Positions 1 to 12,300 of a DNA stretch of 56,938 bases are shown one piece after another. The notes beneath the pieces are model-generated. The model made no database searches. It was not told the DNA's origin and saw nothing but the letters and a program-made list of their open reading frames with translations. The stretch is from positions 1 to 56,938 of the forward strand of contig CANQSP010000003.1 of NCBI GenBank assembly GCA_947626555.1, in the 5' to 3' direction. A program made the position numbers and the translations under genes. The DNA comes from an uncultured Clostridia bacterium (lineage in GTDB: Bacteria; Bacillota; Clostridia; TANB77; CAG-508). Numbering within the stretch: position 1 is the stretch's first letter; each line of letters starts with the position of its first letter.

Positions 1-72
1 GCCGTATGCCGAACGGCACGTACGGTGGTGTGAGAGGGAATAAATAAAATAATTATTTATTCTCTACTCGAT
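1..72 (+). mobile_element. 3' end (domains V and VI) of a group II intron, class IIC-like; truncated by the window edge
   Basis: GCCGTATGCCGAACGGCACGTACGGTGGTGTGAGAGG matches the short IIC-type domain V. It is followed by a domain VI hairpin (GAATAAATAA/TTATTTATTC) and the typical CTACTCGAT 3' terminus. Confidence 0.85.
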
Positions 73-330
73 TTAATAATCATCAATGTGTTTTAAATTA
101 TTTTTTTAGATGATTAATCTATTTTTAATAAATCAATAGTCTGCGTTCTTACGGAAATTTGAAAAAAATGAAAACATAAAAAATAATTAATCCGATATCG
201 CATTTTCATGACACAAATGTAAAAAAAATGTAATATTTCCACGATAAATTTAGATGGTTAAGAAAATATTATTTGCGTAAGAGGAAAAGCTACCTATTTA
301 AAACATGCTAAAAATGCGTGAAAAGGCCTA

Positions 331-359
331 TTGACTAACGAAAAAAAAATTTTTAAAAT
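331..359 (+). promoter_or_regulatory. sigma-A-like promoter of adhesin 1
   Basis: TTGACT-17bp-TAAAAT; AAAGGAG RBS before ATG 392. Confidence 0.6.
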
Positions 360-391
360 ATAATTATAATAGTAAAAACAAAAGGAGAATA

Positions 392-3300
392 ATGATGAAA
401 ACTATGAAGAAAACTGTTTTATTAATATTTAGTGCAGTGTTGATTACTGTAGGTTTTATTTTAATAAATGCAAAGGTAAAGGCAACTCAAGGAGACGAGG
501 TAGTTTATCTGAAATTAGAGGAATTTCGTCAAAAAGAATTAGATTGTAGCACTAAGCAAAATAGTGGAAGCGGTAAAGAATTAGCATATAAATCACTAAC
601 AGAAAAAATAATGTGGAAAATTTGTGAAGTAGCTAATGAAAATGCACCAGTAGTTGATAAGTATAAAACGATATATTGTATAAAAGCTGGACCCGGTTTT
701 GGGTCTGGTACTGGTACTGATATGGGTAGTATGAATGGTGGGACTCAAGTAAAAACGTATACAAAAGTATTTGACTTAAAGAACAAAGAAAGCATTGAAA
801 GTACATATTCATCAATATTACCAACAGGAAAAAACTATAATTCATTAGTTTGGGTATTAGAGCATTGTTATATACCAACAAACGACGAAAGCAAAAAAGA
901 GGAAACAAAAAAATTCAGAGAAAATTTGTTAGCAGAAGCTGAAAAATTTGTGAAGGAAAAAACGGGAGATGGCATAGGTGTTAACATTATAAATAGTGGA
1001 ATAACAGATAACGAAATAGATATTGTGCAACAGTTGGCAATATGGCATTTTACAAATGACAATGATAAAGTATATGATATAGACGAAACTGAATGTAATT
1101 TTGATTTCCACATAAAAGAAAAAGACAATGGCGATTGGATGGAGATAGAAGATAAATATGATGATGTTGGATGGGATAGACTTGCAGCAGCACAAGATTT
1201 ATTTTACTATTTTGTAAATGCAGCTGCAGATGCACAAGAACCAACACCAAGTGTTACATCAAGCCCTGTGACATTAAAAAGCGATAATGCAAAAGCAATT
1301 CAATATGGAGACAAGTATATAATTGGACCATATACTTTAACTGCAACTTCGAATGTTGAATATAGTTTAGAGAAAACTTCAAGTACAGATATAAAATTAT
1401 TAAATAGTAGAAAAGAAGACATAACTAGTAATGACATAAAAAGTTTGGTTGGAAATGGTGAATTTTATATATCAGTTCCAAGTTCAACTGATTTAGAAAA
1501 ATTAAATATAAGTATAACTGCAACTGTAAATCAAACGAATTTAAAATATAGATCAGTTACAGATGGAAACGCAAATGGAAAAACAGAACAACCTGTTGTA
1601 GAAGTAGAAAGGGAGGAAAAACCATTCCCAATAAAAATAACAATACCAGAAGTATCAAAATTTGATTTAGCACTACGTAAATCTATAACAAAAATAGGAG
1701 AAATAGTACATAATAGACTACCAAATGTAGTAGCTACAGGGTTAAGTAATTCTGATACAACAGCAAAATATAATCATGCAAAAGATGCATTGCAAGCAGA
1801 CACAAATCAAATTATAGAATATACATTAACAATATTTAACGAAGGTCAAATAGATGGATATGCAAAAGAAGTAGTGGATTATTTACCAGCAGGAATTACA
1901 TTTGTGCAAGGAATAGGTACAGAGGAAAAGTGGGAAATCGAATCAAATAGTGAAGCAGGTGGAATTACAAAATTAACAATTAAAAATATAGAATCAAATC
2001 CTACAATATTAAATGCATATACAGGAAGTAGCACACCAAGTTCAATAAGTATAAAATTAAAATGTAGAGTAACAGCACAAAGACAAGCTACACAACAAGT
2101 ATTAACAAATATAGCAGAAATTACAAAGCATAGTGATGAATCTGGAAATGAGACTATAGTAGATAGAGATTCTTTACCAAATAATTTCCCACCTGAAAAG
2201 AAAAATAATGCATATAGTGGAAGTAGTCAAGATGGAAATTATGTAAAAGGACAGCAAGATGATGATGACTTTGAAAAAATAGTAATACCAGCAGCTAAAG
2301 GAAGCTTTAGTTTACAATTATTAAAAGTAGATAGTGCAAATAGTAGTCCATTACAAGGAGCAAAGTTTAAAGTAAAATTATCAGGAGCATCACAAGAATA
2401 TACTAATCTGGTAACAGAAAGTAATGGAATAGTAACTATTTCTGATATTCCAATAACATCAGCAGGAACAAGTGTATATGAAATAACAGAGGAGGAACCA
2501 CCTAAAGGATATAATAAACTAATAAATGTTTTAAAAGTTCAGGTAGAAACAGTACTACAAGGAAGTGAATATGTAGTACAAAGTACAAGTATTACAGAAG
2601 GAAAAGTTGAAGGTTCAGAAACAGTATTACTTGATAATAAAACAATTAAAGTAACAATACCAAATGATAAAATAACAGGTAAGTTTAATTTAAAAATAGT
2701 AAAATATGAAAAAGATAATCAAGCTAAAAAATTAGCAGGAGCAACATTTGAAATAACAAAGCCAGATAATTCAAAAGAAACACTTACAACAATTGCAGAT
2801 GGAAGTGTAACACTATCAAACCTTGACATACCTGGTGTAGGAACATATACATATACAATAAAAGAAACGCAGACACCAACAGGGTACGAAAAAATAATAG
2901 AAGAAATACAAGTAAAAATAACTACAGAAATAAAAAATGGAAAATATGTTGTAAAATCAACAGAGATAGTATCTAATCCACAAAGTGTGGATGGAATAAT
3001 TTCAACAGTAGGAGATAATGAAGTAAAAATAGATGTGCCAAATACAAAAAAGTCATTTGAATTAAATCTAGAATTATTAAAAGTAGATTATTCTAATAAT
3101 ACATTAAAATTACCAGGTGCAATATTTGAAATAACAATGCCAGACAACACAAAACAAAATTTAACAATAGGAGAAGATGGAACTGCAAAATTACAAAATA
3201 TTAAAATAGAAAAAGAAGGAACATATACATTTACAATAAAAGAAACAAAAGCACCAAATACATATATACCATTTAAAGAAACTTATACATTAACAGTAAA

Positions 3301-6300
3301 AGTAGGATTAGTAAATGATGAATACGTAATACAAGAACAAACATTAACATCTAGCAAAACTCAAGCAGAAGAAGGAAAGATTACATCAAAGGCAACATCA
3401 GAATTAAATGGAACCGTTACAATAAAAGTTACATTAGAAAATAAACAATTCGATTTAGCTTTAAGAAAATTTGTAAGTAAAATAGGAGATAAAGAATATA
3501 ATAGAGCATCTATACCAAATACTGAAAATTTAAATAAACTAGTAGATGGAAAGAAAGTAACAGGAGCAGAATATGTTCATCCAAAAGATTCTGTTAGAAT
3601 AAACAGAAATGATGAAATAATATATACAATAAGAGTCTATAATGAGGGAGAAATAGATGGATATGCAAGTGAAGTAGTAGATTATTTACCAGAAGAATTA
3701 GAATTTATAAAAGATGATGAATTAAACCTAAGATATGGTTGGACATATGACGACAGTGATGTTGACGAACAAGGAAGAGTAAGAAGAATAAAAACAAATT
3801 ATACAGCAAAAGACGGTAAATTAGATGTAAAAACTGCAGAAAGACCAAATGGAACTTTAATAAAAGCATATAATTCAGAGACTAAAAATTTAGATTATAT
3901 AGATTTACAAGTAAAATGTAAAGTAAGAAATAATATAAAAGCAAATAAAAATTTAACTAATATAGCTGAGATTACAAATACTACAGATTACGAAGGAACA
4001 AAAGTAACAGATAGAGATTCAACAGAAGATAGTTTAACAAAAAGTAACTCAAAACCAGAAGATAAAAATCCAGAAGACAATTTACCAAGTGATGAACAAT
4101 TACCAGGTTATAAAGATGATGAAGTTAAAGAAGGAAAAGAGTATATACCAGGACAACAAGATGATGATGACTTTGAAAAAGTAGTAGTACAAGAATTTGA
4201 TTTAGCGCTAAGAAAATTCATAGCTAAGGTAAATAATAAAGATGTAGAGCCATCAAGAGAGCCACAAGTAGATGTAAGTGGTTTAGTAGATGGAACATCT
4301 ACAACAGCTGTAAAAGAAAGCATAAAAACTCCAGTAAAAGCAAAAAATGGTGACACAATATTATATACAATAAGAGTATATAACGAAGGAGATATAAACG
4401 CATATGTTGGAGAGATAACAGATTATTTACCAGAGGGATTACAATTTATAGAAAATAGTAGTATAAATGAAGAAAATGGTTGGACAAATCCATCAGGAGA
4501 TGGAAAAACAATTGTAACAAGAAAACATGAAAGTACATTATTAAATGCATTTGATGGAGAAGAGTTAAAATATTTAGATGTTCAAGTAGAATGTAAAATA
4601 GTAGCCTTAAATAAGGCAACAGATATAAAAAATATTGCAGAAATAACAGAACAAAGTGATGAAGAAGGAAATAAAGATGTAGAAGATAGAGATTCAAAAC
4701 CAGACGATTTAACAGATAAACAAAAAGAGGATTATAACCCAGAAAATCCAGAAGATGGAAAAGGGTATGAAGATGATGATGACTTTGAAGATATAGAATT
4801 ACAAGAATTTGACTTAGCACTAAGAAAATTTATATCTAAGATAAATAATAGAGATTTAAATCCATCTAGGGAGCCAGAAGTAGATGTAAATGCATATATA
4901 GAAGGAACAAGTACTACATTAGTAAAAGAACATACAAAAACACCTTTGAAAGTTCAAAATGGAGATATAGTATTATATACAGTAAGAGTATATAACGAAG
5001 GAGAAGTAAATGCATATGTAGGAGAAATAACAGATTATTTACCAAAAGGATTAAAGTTTGTTAATAGTAGTGAAATAAATAGAAATAATGGCTGGGAAAA
5101 TCCAACAGGAGATGGAAAAACATTTGTAACAAGAAAATACGAAAAAACATTATTAAACGCATTTAATGGAAAAGAACTTGCATACTTAGATGTTCAAATG
5201 GAATGTGAAGTTGTTGCGATAGTTAACAGTACAAGTGTTAAAAATATAGCTGAAATAACAGAGCATAGTGATGAAGACGGTAATAAGGATATAAAAGATA
5301 GAGATTCAACACCAGAAGATTTAACAAATACCCAAAAAGAAAATTATAATCCAGAAAACCCTGAAAAAGGAAAAGGATACGAAGATGATGATGATTCAGA
5401 AGATTTAATATTAAAAGAAATGGATTTAGCATTAAAGAAATTTATAACTAAAATAAACAATACAAAGGTAGAACCATCAAGAGAGCCACAAGTAAATGTA
5501 AATGCATTTGTAGAGGGCACAAGCACAACATTCGTAAAAGATACTATAAAAGATTCTTTAAGAGTAAAAAGAGGAGATACAGTATTATATACAATAAGAG
5601 TATATAATGAAGGAGAAATAAATGCATATGTAGATGAAATAACAGATTATTTACCAGAAGGGTTGGAATTTATAGAAAATAGTAGCATAAATAAAGCCAA
5701 TGGTTGGACAAATCCATTTGGCGATGGAAAAACTATTGTAACTAGAAAATATGAAAATACATTATTAAATGCATTTGATGGTAAGGAATTAAAATATGTA
5801 GATGTTGAAGTAGAGTGTAAAGTTATAGCATTAAATAAATATACAGATCTTAAGAACATAGCAGAAATATCTGAATATAGTGATTCATATGGAAATTTAA
5901 ATCCAAAAGATAGAGATTCGTCAGCTAAAAATTTAACAGATGCACAAAAAGAAAATTATAATCCAGAAAAAGCAGAAAAAGGAAAAGGATATGAAGATGA
6001 TGATGACTATGAAGAGCTAAAAATACAAGAATTTGATTTAAGCTTAAGAAAATTCATATCTAAAGTAAACAATAAAGATGTAGAACCATCAAGAGAGCCA
6101 CAAGTAGATGTAAGTGGATTATTAGATGGAACATCAACAACTGCTGTAAAAGAAAGTATAAAAACGCCAGTAAAAGCTAAAAAAGGAGATACGATATTAT
6201 ATACAATAAGAGTATATAATGAAGGCGATATAAATGCTTATGTGGGAGAAATAACAGATTATTTACCAGAAGGATTAGAATATATAGAAGACAGTAGAAT

Positions 6301-9085
6301 TAATATAGAAAATGGCTGGACAAATCCAACAGAAGATGGAAAAACAATTGTAACAAGAAAACATGAAAATACATTATTAAACGCATTTGATGGAGAAGAA
6401 CTTGCATACTTAGATGTTCAAGTAGAATGTAAAGTGGTAGCTTTAAATAAGGCAACAGACCTAAAAAATATAGCAGAAATAACAGAGCAAAGTGATGAAG
6501 AAGGAAATAAAGATGTAGAAGATAGAGATTCAACGCCAGATAACTTAACAGATGAACAAAAAGAACATTATAATCCAGAAAATCCTGAAGAAGGAAAAGG
6601 CTATGAAGATGATGATGACTTCGAAGACATAGAACTACAGGAATTTGATTTAGCATTGAGAAAATTTATATCTAAGGTAAATAACAAAGATGTAGAACCA
6701 TCAAGAGAGCCACAAGTAGATGTGAGTGCATTATTAGATGGAACATCAACAACTGCTGTAAAAGAAAGTATAAAAACTCCAGTAAAAACAAAGAATGGCG
6801 ATACAATATTGTATACAATAAGAGTATATAATGAAGGAGATATAAATGCATATGTAGGAGAAATAACAGATTATTTACCAGAAGGATTACAATTTATAGA
6901 AAATAGCAACATAAATAAAGAAAATGGATGGACAAATCCATCAGGAGATGGAAAAACAATTGTAACAAGAAAACATGAAAATACATTATTAAACGCATTT
7001 AATGGAGAAGAACTTGCATACTTAGATGTCCAAGTAGAGTGTAAAATAATAGCAGTAAATAAATCTATAGACCTAAAAAATATAGCAGAAATAACAGAAC
7101 AAAGTGATGAAGAAGGAAATAAAGATGTAGAAGATAGGGATTCAACGTCAGATAACTTAACAGATGAACAAAAAGAAAATTATAATCCAGAAAATCCTGA
7201 AGAAGGAAAAGGATATGAAGATGATGATGATTTCGAAGACTTAGAATTACAAGAATTTGATTTAAGCCTAAGAAAATTCATAACTAAAGTAAATAATAAG
7301 GATGTAGAACCATCAAGAGAACCAAAGGTAGATGTAAGTGGTCTACTAGACGGCTCATCAACAACAGCAATAAAAGAACATTCAAAAGAACCTGTAGAAG
7401 TATATACAAATGATATAATAGTATATACAATAAGAGTATACAACGAGGGAGAGATAAATGCATATGTAGGAGAGATAACAGATTATATACCAGAAGGGTT
7501 AGAATTTATAGAAGATAGTAGCATAAATAGAGAAAATGGATGGACAAATCCATCAGGAGATGGAAAAACAATTGTAACAAGAAAACATGAAAATACATTG
7601 TTAAATGCATTTAATGGAAAAGAACTTGCATACCTAGATGTTCAAGTAGAATGTAAAGTTATAGCTAAAAAGGCGAGTGAAAGTTTAAAGAATATAGCAG
7701 AAATAACCGAACATAGTGATGAAGATGGAAATAAAGACATAGAGGATAAGGATTCAACACCAGACGATTTAACAGAAGAGCAAAAAGAACATTATGATCC
7801 AGATGAACCATATGAGGATGATGATGACTCAGAAGATGTAGTAATTAAGGAAAGAAAATTTGATTTAAGCTTAAGAAAATTTATAACAGTTGTAGATGGA
7901 AAAGAAATTGAAGATAGAATTCCAAAGTTTAAAGTAGATGAAGATGGAAACTATGTATATGAACACTCAAAAGAACCTTTAAAAGTAGAGAATGGAAATA
8001 TAATAATTTACACATTAAGAGTATATAACGAAGGTGACATGGCTGGATTTGCAGAAGAAGTAAAAGATAATATTCCAGATGGATTAGTATATTTGCCAGA
8101 AGATGAAACAAATATAGAATATCGTTGGAAGATGCTAGACGAAGATGGAAACGAGACAGAAAATGTAGAAGAAGCAGTAGCAATAGTAACTGATTATTTA
8201 TCAAAAACACAAGGAGAAGAAGCTAAAAGAGATAATTTATTATTACCATTTGATAGTGAAACAATGGAAGAACCAGATTACAGAGATGTAAAAGTAGCGT
8301 TTAGAATTGAAGAACCAAGTAGTTCAGATAGAACAATAATAAATGAAGCTCAAATATCTGATGATGCAGATGAAGATGGAGACGATGTAGATGATGATGA
8401 TTCAACTCCAGATGAGTGGAAAGATGGTGATGATGACCAAGACGAAGAAAAAGTAGAAGTTAAATATTTTGACTTGAGCTTAAAGAAATGGGCATCACAA
8501 GCAATATTAGTAGTAGATGGAAAACAAACAATTATAGATACTGGTCATAAACCAGAAGATAATCAAGAGTTACCAGTAAAAATTGAATTAGTAGAAAGCA
8601 AATTAAACAAAACAGTATTAAAATTCAAATACAAAATAAGAGTTACAAACGAAGGCGAAATAGCTGGTAGTGCAACAGAAATATCTGAATATATTCCACA
8701 AGGTTTAAGATTTGTGGCAGCAGATAATCCAAAGTGGAAAGAAGTAGACGGAAAAGTAGTAACAGACCAATTAAAAGATGTAATATTAAAGCCAGGAGAA
8801 TCAGCAGATGTAGAAATATTATTAACATGGATTAATAGTAAACAAAACTTTGGACAAATGGTAAACGTAGCAGAAATAAGTGATGACTGGAATCCAAGCA
8901 ATACACCAGATATAGACTCAACGCCAAATAATAAGAAACCAGAAGAAGATGACATAGATGAAGCCCCAGTAATACCATCAATAAAGACAGGAGCAGAAGT
9001 AACATATATTGGACTAATATTAGGAAGTTTAGTTATAATTGCAACAGGAATAATTTTCATTAAGAAGTATGTATGGAGAGGATAA
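392..9085 (+). CDS. Giant cell-wall-anchored adhesin: signal peptide, Cys-Gln thioester domain, CnaB/SpaA-like domains, 10 DUF11-like repeats, sortase-like anchor
   Basis: YCI...QQLAIWHFT thioester motif; LLKVD..L.GA.F / Y.I.E..AP.GY pilin-like domains; 10 FDL(A/S)L(R/K)K...NIAEI...DRDS...DDDD units; C-terminal IKTG + hydrophobic helix + KKY. Confidence 0.85.
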   Translation: MMKTMKKTVLLIFSAVLITVGFILINAKVKATQGDEVVYLKLEEFRQKELDCSTKQNSGSGKELAYKSLTEKIMWKICEVANENAPVVDKYKTIYCIKAGPGFGSGTGTDMGSMNGGTQVKTYTKVFDLKNKESIESTYSSILPTGKNYNSLVWVLEHCYIPTNDESKKEETKKFRENLLAEAEKFVKEKTGDGIGVNIINSGITDNEIDIVQQLAIWHFTNDNDKVYDIDETECNFDFHIKEKDNGDWMEIEDKYDDVGWDRLAAAQDLFYYFVNAAADAQEPTPSVTSSPVTLKSDNAKAIQYGDKYIIGPYTLTATSNVEYSLEKTSSTDIKLLNSRKEDITSNDIKSLVGNGEFYISVPSSTDLEKLNISITATVNQTNLKYRSVTDGNANGKTEQPVVEVEREEKPFPIKITIPEVSKFDLALRKSITKIGEIVHNRLPNVVATGLSNSDTTAKYNHAKDALQADTNQIIEYTLTIFNEGQIDGYAKEVVDYLPAGITFVQGIGTEEKWEIESNSEAGGITKLTIKNIESNPTILNAYTGSSTPSSISIKLKCRVTAQRQATQQVLTNIAEITKHSDESGNETIVDRDSLPNNFPPEKKNNAYSGSSQDGNYVKGQQDDDDFEKIVIPAAKGSFSLQLLKVDSANSSPLQGAKFKVKLSGASQEYTNLVTESNGIVTISDIPITSAGTSVYEITEEEPPKGYNKLINVLKVQVETVLQGSEYVVQSTSITEGKVEGSETVLLDNKTIKVTIPNDKITGKFNLKIVKYEKDNQAKKLAGATFEITKPDNSKETLTTIADGSVTLSNLDIPGVGTYTYTIKETQTPTGYEKIIEEIQVKITTEIKNGKYVVKSTEIVSNPQSVDGIISTVGDNEVKIDVPNTKKSFELNLELLKVDYSNNTLKLPGAIFEITMPDNTKQNLTIGEDGTAKLQNIKIEKEGTYTFTIKETKAPNTYIPFKETYTLTVKVGLVNDEYVIQEQTLTSSKTQAEEGKITSKATSELNGTVTIKVTLENKQFDLALRKFVSKIGDKEYNRASIPNTENLNKLVDGKKVTGAEYVHPKDSVRINRNDEIIYTIRVYNEGEIDGYASEVVDYLPEELEFIKDDELNLRYGWTYDDSDVDEQGRVRRIKTNYTAKDGKLDVKTAERPNGTLIKAYNSETKNLDYIDLQVKCKVRNNIKANKNLTNIAEITNTTDYEGTKVTDRDSTEDSLTKSNSKPEDKNPEDNLPSDEQLPGYKDDEVKEGKEYIPGQQDDDDFEKVVVQEFDLALRKFIAKVNNKDVEPSREPQVDVSGLVDGTSTTAVKESIKTPVKAKNGDTILYTIRVYNEGDINAYVGEITDYLPEGLQFIENSSINEENGWTNPSGDGKTIVTRKHESTLLNAFDGEELKYLDVQVECKIVALNKATDIKNIAEITEQSDEEGNKDVEDRDSKPDDLTDKQKEDYNPENPEDGKGYEDDDDFEDIELQEFDLALRKFISKINNRDLNPSREPEVDVNAYIEGTSTTLVKEHTKTPLKVQNGDIVLYTVRVYNEGEVNAYVGEITDYLPKGLKFVNSSEINRNNGWENPTGDGKTFVTRKYEKTLLNAFNGKELAYLDVQMECEVVAIVNSTSVKNIAEITEHSDEDGNKDIKDRDSTPEDLTNTQKENYNPENPEKGKGYEDDDDSEDLILKEMDLALKKFITKINNTKVEPSREPQVNVNAFVEGTSTTFVKDTIKDSLRVKRGDTVLYTIRVYNEGEINAYVDEITDYLPEGLEFIENSSINKANGWTNPFGDGKTIVTRKYENTLLNAFDGKELKYVDVEVECKVIALNKYTDLKNIAEISEYSDSYGNLNPKDRDSSAKNLTDAQKENYNPEKAEKGKGYEDDDDYEELKIQEFDLSLRKFISKVNNKDVEPSREPQVDVSGLLDGTSTTAVKESIKTPVKAKKGDTILYTIRVYNEGDINAYVGEITDYLPEGLEYIEDSRINIENGWTNPTEDGKTIVTRKHENTLLNAFDGEELAYLDVQVECKVVALNKATDLKNIAEITEQSDEEGNKDVEDRDSTPDNLTDEQKEHYNPENPEEGKGYEDDDDFEDIELQEFDLALRKFISKVNNKDVEPSREPQVDVSALLDGTSTTAVKESIKTPVKTKNGDTILYTIRVYNEGDINAYVGEITDYLPEGLQFIENSNINKENGWTNPSGDGKTIVTRKHENTLLNAFNGEELAYLDVQVECKIIAVNKSIDLKNIAEITEQSDEEGNKDVEDRDSTSDNLTDEQKENYNPENPEEGKGYEDDDDFEDLELQEFDLSLRKFITKVNNKDVEPSREPKVDVSGLLDGSSTTAIKEHSKEPVEVYTNDIIVYTIRVYNEGEINAYVGEITDYIPEGLEFIEDSSINRENGWTNPSGDGKTIVTRKHENTLLNAFNGKELAYLDVQVECKVIAKKASESLKNIAEITEHSDEDGNKDIEDKDSTPDDLTEEQKEHYDPDEPYEDDDDSEDVVIKERKFDLSLRKFITVVDGKEIEDRIPKFKVDEDGNYVYEHSKEPLKVENGNIIIYTLRVYNEGDMAGFAEEVKDNIPDGLVYLPEDETNIEYRWKMLDEDGNETENVEEAVAIVTDYLSKTQGEEAKRDNLLLPFDSETMEEPDYRDVKVAFRIEEPSSSDRTIINEAQISDDADEDGDDVDDDDSTPDEWKDGDDDQDEEKVEVKYFDLSLKKWASQAILVVDGKQTIIDTGHKPEDNQELPVKIELVESKLNKTVLKFKYKIRVTNEGEIAGSATEISEYIPQGLRFVAADNPKWKEVDGKVVTDQLKDVILKPGESADVEILLTWINSKQNFGQMVNVAEISDDWNPSNTPDIDSTPNNKKPEEDDIDEAPVIPSIKTGAEVTYIGLILGSLVIIATGIIFIKKYVWRG
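4193..7860 (+). repeat. Six tandem 612-bp (204-aa) intragenic repeats
   Basis: Unit starts at 4193, 4805, 5417, 6029, 6641, 7253 (612-bp period). Confidence 0.9.
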
Positions 9086-9111
9086 AATTTAAACTAGATA
9101 AAACTAAGAAC

Positions 9112-9146
9112 TGACCTTCATGTTCGAAAAACGAACATGGAGGTCA
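9112..9146 (+). terminator. Hairpin downstream of adhesin 1 (putative terminator)
   Basis: TGACCTTCATGTTCG-AAAAA-CGAACATGGAGGTCA; no clear U-tract. Confidence 0.5.
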
Positions 9147-9204
9147 AATATTATAAAAAATTATACAAAAAGCAACTTTTTATGTAAAATAAAGCAAAAA
9201 ACTA

Positions 9205-9233
9205 TTGACTAATTTGAAAAAAGCCTTTAAAAT
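9205..9233 (+). promoter_or_regulatory. sigma-A-like promoter of adhesin 2
   Basis: TTGACT-17bp-TAAAAT in the same CTATTGACTAA...TTTAAAATATAAT context as the adhesin 1 promoter. Confidence 0.6.
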
Positions 9234-9366
9234 ATAATATAGGGGGGTATTGTAAATACCTAAAATTGTAAATAATGGAAAATTTTAAATAATGACGGAA
9301 AATAAAAAGTTGATAAGTAATAAAAGAATAATAAGCACAAACAATTTACTAATGAAGTAAAAGGAA

Positions 9367-12300
9367 GTGGAAAAAATGGAATTTTTTAAAACTAAAAAAA
9401 TGATACTATTTATTATTAGTATAATACTAATTACAATTTGTTTAGTTTCAATAAATTCGAGAGTTAATGCAAAAGATGAAACAGTTTACTTAGATTTACA
9501 AGAGTTTCGTCAAAAAGAGTTAGACAGTAGTCCTAATGAAACTAAGACCTCTGAGGAGTTGGCGTATAAATCTTTAAATGACAAAATAATGTGGAAAATA
9601 TCTGTTAGAGGAAGTAGTTCAGGAGGAACTATAGATAAGTACAGAACAATATATTGTATAAAAGCAGGACCTGGTTTTGGTGGAGATATGGGTAGTATGA
9701 CTAGTGGTACTGGAACAATAAAGGCATATACTAAAGCGTTTGATTATAAAAATCCTGGAACAGTAGATAGTGCTTATAGAACTAATATATTGTTAAGTGG
9801 GGATAATTATAATCGTTTAATCTGGGTATTAGAACATTGTTATATTCCAACTAATTCATCTAATTCTCAAGACCAACAAAGGGCTAAAGATTTTAGAGCA
9901 AATTTATTAAAAGAAGCTGGAATACCAAATAGTAAAATTACAGATAATGAAATAGATATAGTTCAACAATTAGCAATATGGCATTATACCAATAATGGTG
10001 ATGCAAATTATGATAGGCAGGATAGCTTTACGTTTTGGGTAAGAAAAGCAACAGAATCATATGCAAATTTATCTGATAAATATGCTAGTGGTTGGGATAG
10101 AGAAGATGATGCACAAGAGCTATTCATGTATTTTATAGAAAAATCAGTAGAAGAAGTTAATGCTGGTTGGAAACCATCACAAACAGTAACAGAAAGTCCA
10201 GTAACAATGGCGAAAATTAATGAAACAAAAACGGTACAGTATGGAAATGAATATATAATAGGACCATTTTCATTAACTCTAACTAATAGTACAGTTGAAT
10301 ATGATTTAGCATTAGCATTATCAACTAATATAAGTTATAGGCTATTAAATAGTTCTAAAAATGATGTAACAAACAGTGGAATAAAAAGCTTAGTAGGCCA
10401 AAACTTTTATATAGCAATTCCTAGCTCAACAAATTTAACAGGGTTAAAATTAAATTTAACATCAACAGTAAATCAAACAAATATAACATATAGATCAGTT
10501 GAAAATGGAACATTAAATGGAGTATCAGAACAACCAGTTGTTGAATTAACTAGAGAACAAAAACAAATGGTGGTACCAGTAGATATTCCAACTTTATCTG
10601 TATTTGACTTAGCACTACGTAAATCTATAACAAAAGTAGGAACAAATGCACAAAGCAGATTACCAAATGTAGTAACTACTACTTTAAATAATCCAGATAC
10701 AACAGCAAAATATAATCATTCAAAAGAGCCAGTTACAGTACAACCAAGTCAAGAAATAGAATATACATTAACTATATATAATGAAGGCCAAGTAAATGGT
10801 TATGCAAAAGAAGTGGTAGATTATTTACCAGCAGGAATTACATTTGTGCAAGGAATAGATACGGATGGAAAATGGAATATTTCATCAAGTAATGAATCTT
10901 CTGGAATTACAAAGTTAACAATTACAAATATAGAAGCACATCCTACAATATTAAATGCATATACAGGAAGTGGTACTCCAAATTCAATAACTATAAAATT
11001 AAAGTGTAAAGTATCAGCACAATCACAAGGTACAGCACAGACATTAACGAACATAGCAGAAATTACAAAGCATAGTGATGAATTTGGAAATGAGACTATA
11101 GTAGATAGAGATTCTCAACCAAACAATTTTCCATCTGATAATAAAAACAATTCATATAGTGGAAATGGCAAAGATGGAGATTATGTAAAAGGAATGCAAG
11201 ATGATGATGACTTTGAAAAAATAGTAATACCAGCAGCTAAAGGAAGCTTCAGTCTACAATTATTAAAAGTAAATAATGTAAATAATAATCCATTACAAGG
11301 AGCAAAGTTTAGAGTAAAATTATCAGGAACATCACAAGAATATACTAATTTAGTAACAGAAAGTAATGGAATAGTAACTATTTCTAATATTCCAATAACA
11401 TCAGCAGGAACAAGCGTGTATGAAATAATAGAGGAGGAAGCACCTCAAGGATATAATAAATTAATAAATGTTTTAAAAATTCAAGTAGTAACAGTACTAC
11501 AAGGAAGTGAATATGTAGTACAAAGTACAAGTATTACAGAAGGAGAAGTTGCTGGGGCAAAAGCAGAATTAGTTGATAATAAAACAGTTAAAGTAACAAT
11601 ACCAAACGAGCAAATAACAGGAAAATTTAATTTAAAAATAGTAAAATATGATAAAGATGACCAGGGGAAAAAGTTAGCAGGGGCAATATTTGAAATAACA
11701 AAGCCAGATAATTCAAAAGAAACACTTACAACAATTGCAGATGGAAGTGTAACACTTTCAGACCTTGACATACCTGGTGTAGGAACATATACATATACAA
11801 TAAAAGAAACGCAAGCACCAACAGGTTACGAAAAAATAATAGAAGAAATACAGGTAAAAATAACTACTGAAATAAAAGACGGAAAATATGTAGTAAAATC
11901 AACAGAGATAGTATCTAATCCACAAAGTGTTGATGGAATACTTTCAACAGTAGGGGATAACGAAGTCCAAATAGATGTACCAAATACAAAAATAGGATTT
12001 GGCATAAATTTAGAACTATTAAAAGTCGATTATTCTAATAATACTTTAAAATTACCAGGAGCAATATTTGAAGTAACAATGCCAGACAACACAAAACAAA
12101 ATTTAACAATAGGAGAAGATGGAACTGCAAAATTACAAAATATAAAAATAGAAAAAGAAGGAACATATACATTTACAATAAAAGAAATACAAGCACCTAG
12201 TACGTATATACCATTTAAAGAAACTTATACATTAACAGTAAAAGTAGGATTAGTAAATGATGAATATGTAATACAAGAGCAAACAATAACATCTAGCAAA

